A stretch of DNA of 64,000 nt, from the NCBI GenBank assembly GCA_010015585.1, contig ML975181.1; one strand, given 5' to 3'. The notes beneath the pieces were generated by a model that was not told the origin of the DNA, did no database searches, and saw only the letters and a list, made by a program, of their open reading frames with translations. Of this stretch, positions 59,433 through 64,000 are shown piece by piece. The translations under genes were made by a program, and so were the position numbers. How positions within the stretch are numbered: the first letter of the stretch is position 1; every line of letters starts with the position of its first letter. Origin of the DNA: Eremomyces bilateralis CBS 781.70. Taxonomy: Eukaryota.

Positions 59433-62400
59433 TCAATCTTTTATCTTGCTCTGCTTTCTTGCGGTACCAATGTGGGTGTTATGTACCTAGGACATGGTTA
59501 ACGGGTGGTAACTTTAGACGAGAGGCGTACTAACCTTGGTAGCGAATTTCAGGCTGGTGAGGGTTTCGCCTAGATGGTCTTGCATCGGGCTCACCATCAC
59601 AAACATGAGCGTTTTGGAGTTGCCTCCGAGTGAGTATTGCAGTAGGTAAGTCAACTAGAACCGTCATTAGCTTCAAAGTCGCGCTGGGCCGCACAAAACG
59701 GGATAGACATACCTTGCTATTCCGGTACGGAATGAAAGCTTCCTTCCCATCCTTCCCACTCCCCTGACTCCCAAGCGCGGCGATGACATCGCCCAAGCAG
59801 CTCAAACTGCGATTGATATTCTGCGTCTCTTTCAACCTCGCCCCCTCGACCCCGGAGTTCTTTACACGCTCGCTCCCGGCTAGATCCACGAGATTCAACA
59901 CCCCCTCGCACCGCTCCCCGGTCTGCGAGTTCACCCCCTTCAACCGCAGCATGAACACCGAATGGCTGCGACTACTCCGCTCATTCGATTTAGTCGCCGC
60001 GACGCTGCGGTTCTTGACCGCAGACGCCAGCATCTCGTGGACGCGGTCGGGCGAGTCCAGCGGCTCCTCGTTGGCGTTCTCGACGGTGGTTCGGGACCGC
60101 GCGGCATCGTGGCGGATTTCCAGCTTCTTCTTGTCGAGGTCTTCCGGGTTGCCGAGGAGATCGTTGAGTGTCTCGTTGTAGACTTCGACGAATTGGCCGG
60201 TCAGCTCGTAGGTCCAGCCCTTGGAGGCGAGGCGCTCTTTCTCCTCCCAGATCTGCGCGACAGCGCGGGGGATCATCCCGTCGCCGGGGGAGGACATGGT
60301 GAACGTCTTGCCGGAGCCGGTCTGGCCGTAGCAGAAGATGCAGACGTTGTAGCCGTCAAGTGCGGACTGGACTAGCTGAGCAATCTCGTCGAAGACGTCG
60401 GAATTCGATGCCACAGGTCCGAACACTTTGTCGAAGGAGAATGCATGCGTAGATGCCGTGACGTTGCCCAAAGCTGATTTAGTCTCGGGCCCCAGCACCG
60501 TCAGTTCCTTTCCTTCGGCCTCAACGTCCGGGAAGCCGAGTTTGGCCGCCGAATCCTCAACGCCATGGTTTTCAAGAGCTGGGCGTACCCTACAGAAGAC
60601 GCGAATATTGCCTTTCAGCTCTTGCACGAGGTTATGGAGCTTGCGTCGCACTGCCTCTTCCTTCCGTAGCTTCTCTTCGCATTCCGCCGCTTGTTCTAAG
60701 GCTTCGTCCATACGACGCTGCATGTCGGTGAAGGCATGACTTTGCGCCTGCGAGTTCGATTCGAGGAAATCGATCTTCGCTCGCTGGGAGCATTGGGCAG
60801 ATTCAAGGGCCTCGCGGGCATCCTGTTCGTGGACAAGCCGGGATCGAAGCTGTTCCATAGACCGTCGCTCGTTGTCAAGTGCGAGTTCGAGTTGAGAGAC
60901 TTGCGCTCGGAGGAGCGACTTCTCGGTTTCCTGGCGAGCAAGGTCTTCGTCATGCCCTTTGCCTAGTCGCTCTCGTTGGGTCGACCACTCGTTTTCTCGT
61001 TGTCGCCATTCTCTCCGTGCGTGGTCCATTTCTTTCTCCCATTTCGCGTCGATCTCTTCCACGGCATCTCTTCCAGACTTCCGCTGTCTCTCCAGATCTT
61101 GCTCAGCCTGTCGCCGCGCAGCATCAAGATCCCTTTCCAGAGCTTCAAGCTGTCGCTCCATGGACTTGCGAGTCTGATCCGCCTGATCGCCGCTTTCATC
61201 CCTTAGACGGGCCAATTCCTTTAGATGGTGGTCAGAAAGCTCCGCCGTTTCTTTCTTGTGAATTCGGGTTAGGTCGTCCTGCTCCATGGTGTGGCGCCGA
61301 TTTAGGGTTTCCATTTCGAGACTTAGGGAGGATATTTGCCCTTGTGCCTCTCTTAAGCTCGCGGTTAATGTTGAATTGTCTGTCTTTACTTCGTTTAAAT
61401 GAGCTGTAAGCTCGGAAACTAGATTATCAATGTATTAGCCCTGCCAGTCATAGCCAACGGTACCTTGGCAAATCGCGATATCCACAACTTACTGCGTCCT
61501 TTCTGCAATTCGATGACCTCTTTGGTCGCGACCTGGGCCTGTGCTGAACTCTCCATCTGATCTTTCATGGTGTTGACCTTCATGAACATGGTCTCGAGGT
61601 CTTCGAACTTGCGCTCGAAATCCCATTCTGCAAGAGAGAAAGAAGTCACGTTAGAATCTGGTCTGAGAAATTCCGGCCTTTTCGAAGGAGATGGAGATTG
61701 CAGGGGCCTATTGGAGTTGAGACGGGTAGAAGACGCTTTGTGCTTTGCGACGCGGGATTGAGAACGGAATTGAGACAGCGAAGATTGACTTTGACGTGTG
61801 GAAAGTGGAGTTGAAGGGCGTCCTGGACTCATTTGCCTTTGCGATGTCTGGGGTGTCATGATTGGGATGGATGATTTGAGCGGCGAGTTTGGCTGTTCAG
61901 GTTGGTTTAGTTGCGCGGCAGCTTTACCAGTCAATTCTCTCCTCTGCGGGGCCGGTTTCCTTCGATCCCGCTCCTCCAGGGTCAATCCATCGAAAGCTGA
62001 AGTTAACGAGACCTGCCGGGAAGTACATCGAGCTATATGTGGTGAACCCTGGTTAGACGTCCCTACCTCGGATGGCAATGTGGAGTGGTCCTGGTCTGGT
62101 GGAGCTTGACTGGTCGGTTGACGTATCACTGGCTGGCTCCTGTACGATAGAAGGCGTTGTTGATACATGTTGAGAGAAGGCGCTCGATTGCTTGATTGAC
62201 TTTGAGTTGAAGTAGAACGCGACTCGGAAACAGTGCTTGAAGTGGAATCGCTGACGTGACGGGGTTGAGAAAAATTTGAGCGGGGCTTGCGAAAACTAAT
62301 ATTCTCCAAGTTGTTGAACGTAACTGAGACAGGATTCGTACCCTTGCGTTGCGGAACCTGATATTCCGCGGCCGGATGGGATTCTGCCGAGCTCATGGGA

Positions 62401-63007
62401 CGGCCGGCTCCAAGATGATGCGACTGGTTCCTCGCGTGAAGCTTCGAGTGCGTAGGTCGGTGGTGGCCTTGGACGGATGCTGACCGCGAATGTGCTCCAA
62501 CACTTTGCGACAAGTTGTGGGCGGCTCCCCTACCGCTTGGAGGGGCCATTCGAGATAGGCCTGATGAAGAGGAGGGACCAGCACGAGCGGCAGTTTGCGG
62601 AGGGCGGGTTTGGCTGATCAGAGAGCGACCGGGTGTAGTCATCGGGAGGTTCGGGCGTGATATCTCTCCAGCGCGGGCGACGAGGGTTCTTCTCTGCTTA
62701 GCATCGGGCTCCGGTACTGTGGTTGTGTATTTGTGAGATGTCTGTCCTTCAAGGGGGCCTATAATATAGTGCAAGAACATACAACCCATTGGCCGGTGTT
62801 TCAGGTTTGTCGTCGGTGGAGGCATAGAGGATGCAGCTCGAATATTATTCTCCGACTCAGATATCTCGTGCAGCGAACTTGAGGCTCCCGGAGGAGGTAT
62901 TCTGCTGGGAGGACGAATCCGCGACATTGTCGACTATGGGAAGAACCCGTTAGCTGGACTCAAGTTGCGCCCGGGGAAAGACATACAACATTCTCCTCTG
63001 AGGCCAT
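59433..63007 (-). CDS. klpA: Kinesin-14 (C-terminal motor) KlpA/Kar3
   Basis: Disordered tail, coiled-coil stalk, [23 protein letters not shown] neck, [57 protein letters not shown], end [11 protein letters not shown]. First exon MASEENV at 63007-62987. Confidence 0.95.
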
Positions 63008-63171
63008 ATCGGGCGGATTCGGAATATGCGGAACTTTATATCATCAATGCATTGAAGGAATGGATAGATACAAGATCGGATGCAAAGAAACACAGGTTGC
63101 GACAAACCGAATGTTAGGAGTGAGATGTAATACCAACGGTTATTCCAGAATCCGGAGTCAATCCGATGTTC

Positions 63172-63232
63172 TGTTTACTGGAGGTGTAAACATTGCAGGG
63201 GTTCGTAACCAGGGTCTGTGCCAGTCACGTGA
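63172..63232. promoter_or_regulatory. Inverted pair of forkhead-type sites plus a CACGTG box in the klpA/LOA1 divergent promoter
   Basis: TGTTTAC 63172-63178, GTAAACA 63186-63192, TCACGTGA 63225-63232. Confidence 0.45.
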
Positions 63233-63592
63233 ATCATCTTCAGCCACGATCTATCCTCAGCCACATTTCACATGTCAGGCCAGGCATCGTTAAGGCACCA
63301 ATCAGGCACCAACATTTTCCCGTGCAACCTCCGTCACTCCGGCCCTTGTTTTTGCAATCCAGGACATTTGAGCGATTCCTCCTCTCCTCTTCCTGTATCC
63401 AGGATATTCATAGACCTTCGCTCTTTCTTTCCGGTGGAACCTACGGCGGCAAGGCCTGCTTTGCATTTTTCAGAGACCGTGTGCCTTCGTGGCTTCATCC
63501 ACAGTCCCTCGATATCTTCACAGTCTTCATCCAAACTTTAGCTTGTATCGCCTCTGTGTTTGACCAATGGACCACTAGGGAAGCGACTCACC

Positions 63593-64000
63593 ATGGAGAA
63601 GTTCTCCCAATATCGGGATAGAGGTATTCGATGCCTTATTTCATCTTCTGTCCAGCAGACAGTGAACAAGCTTTGTGATAGTAGTACTAACCTTGGTATC
63701 TGCACCACAGGATCTGGAATCGCTCCATTCTTCCCCGTCACCACGAGTACTGCGGCACTTGCGTTACCGTTGCACATATTCCTGTTCACCATACGCATAC
63801 CCTTACTCCTGACCGTCGCACTGTCCTATTATCTCTTTTTTGGGTGGCTGCCGATACGCTCGCTTGGGAAGAAGGCCGCTCTATGGTTGATATTGGGGAT
63901 CCCGGGCATATGGTGGGTTGATTTGCAGATCGATGGGGTCAAACGAGGGTAAGTCTGGATTCCACAAGTCTTTCCGCCCTTTACAATACATCGTTCCGCC
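63593..64000 (+). CDS. LOA1: Lysophosphatidic acid acyltransferase Loa1/Vps66 (5' part; runs off the window)
   Basis: MEKFSQYRDR|GSGIAPFFP, hydrophobic hairpin, LILGIPGIWWVDLQIDGVKRG|. Introns ~63624-63710 and from 63949. Confidence 0.85.

Noticed and set aside
1..64000. tRNA, rRNA, snRNA or other structured RNA genes
   Set aside because: No signature recognised by eye; an Infernal/tRNAscan run would be needed to exclude them.

Overview
Eukaryotic, intron-containing DNA from a filamentous ascomycete (Pezizomycotina, Dothideomycete-like), judged from short GT-AG introns with CTRAY branch points, RIP-like decay in repeats and fungal orthologues. The first ~2.9 kb is decayed DNA: a PNP_UDP phosphorylase relic and a ~2.0 kb internally deleted DNA transposon with bipartite TIRs, a target-site duplication and RecQ-helicase plus transposase-like remnants (AcademH-like). 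The rest is gene-dense and mostly housekeeping: tafazzin, NC2-alpha, a PanE-like SVL3/mug72-type protein, glucokinase, a NAA50-like GNAT, a Nup53-like RRM protein, MPC2, MIC19, an ankyrin-BTB protein, NimA kinase, a 7TM protein, GT34, GH71, a VWA-GPI protein, kinesin-14 KlpA and the start of LOA1. Three things stand out. (1) An intact ~890-aa ORF at 12.6-15.3 kb that I recall as resembling chrysovirus (dsRNA mycovirus) P4, with a plausible 5' intron and a basic+CaaX-like tail, i.e. a candidate domesticated endogenous viral gene. (2) A compact ADH / membrane protein / metallo-beta-lactamase lactonase / succinate-semialdehyde dehydrogenase / SDR cluster at 49-56.4 kb whose enzyme logic mirrors the bacterial attKLM (blcABC) gamma-butyrolactone pathway. 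(3) A 714-nt in-frame, stop-free intron-like segment (exitron) in klpA. All family assignments come from motif recognition only; no database search was run.
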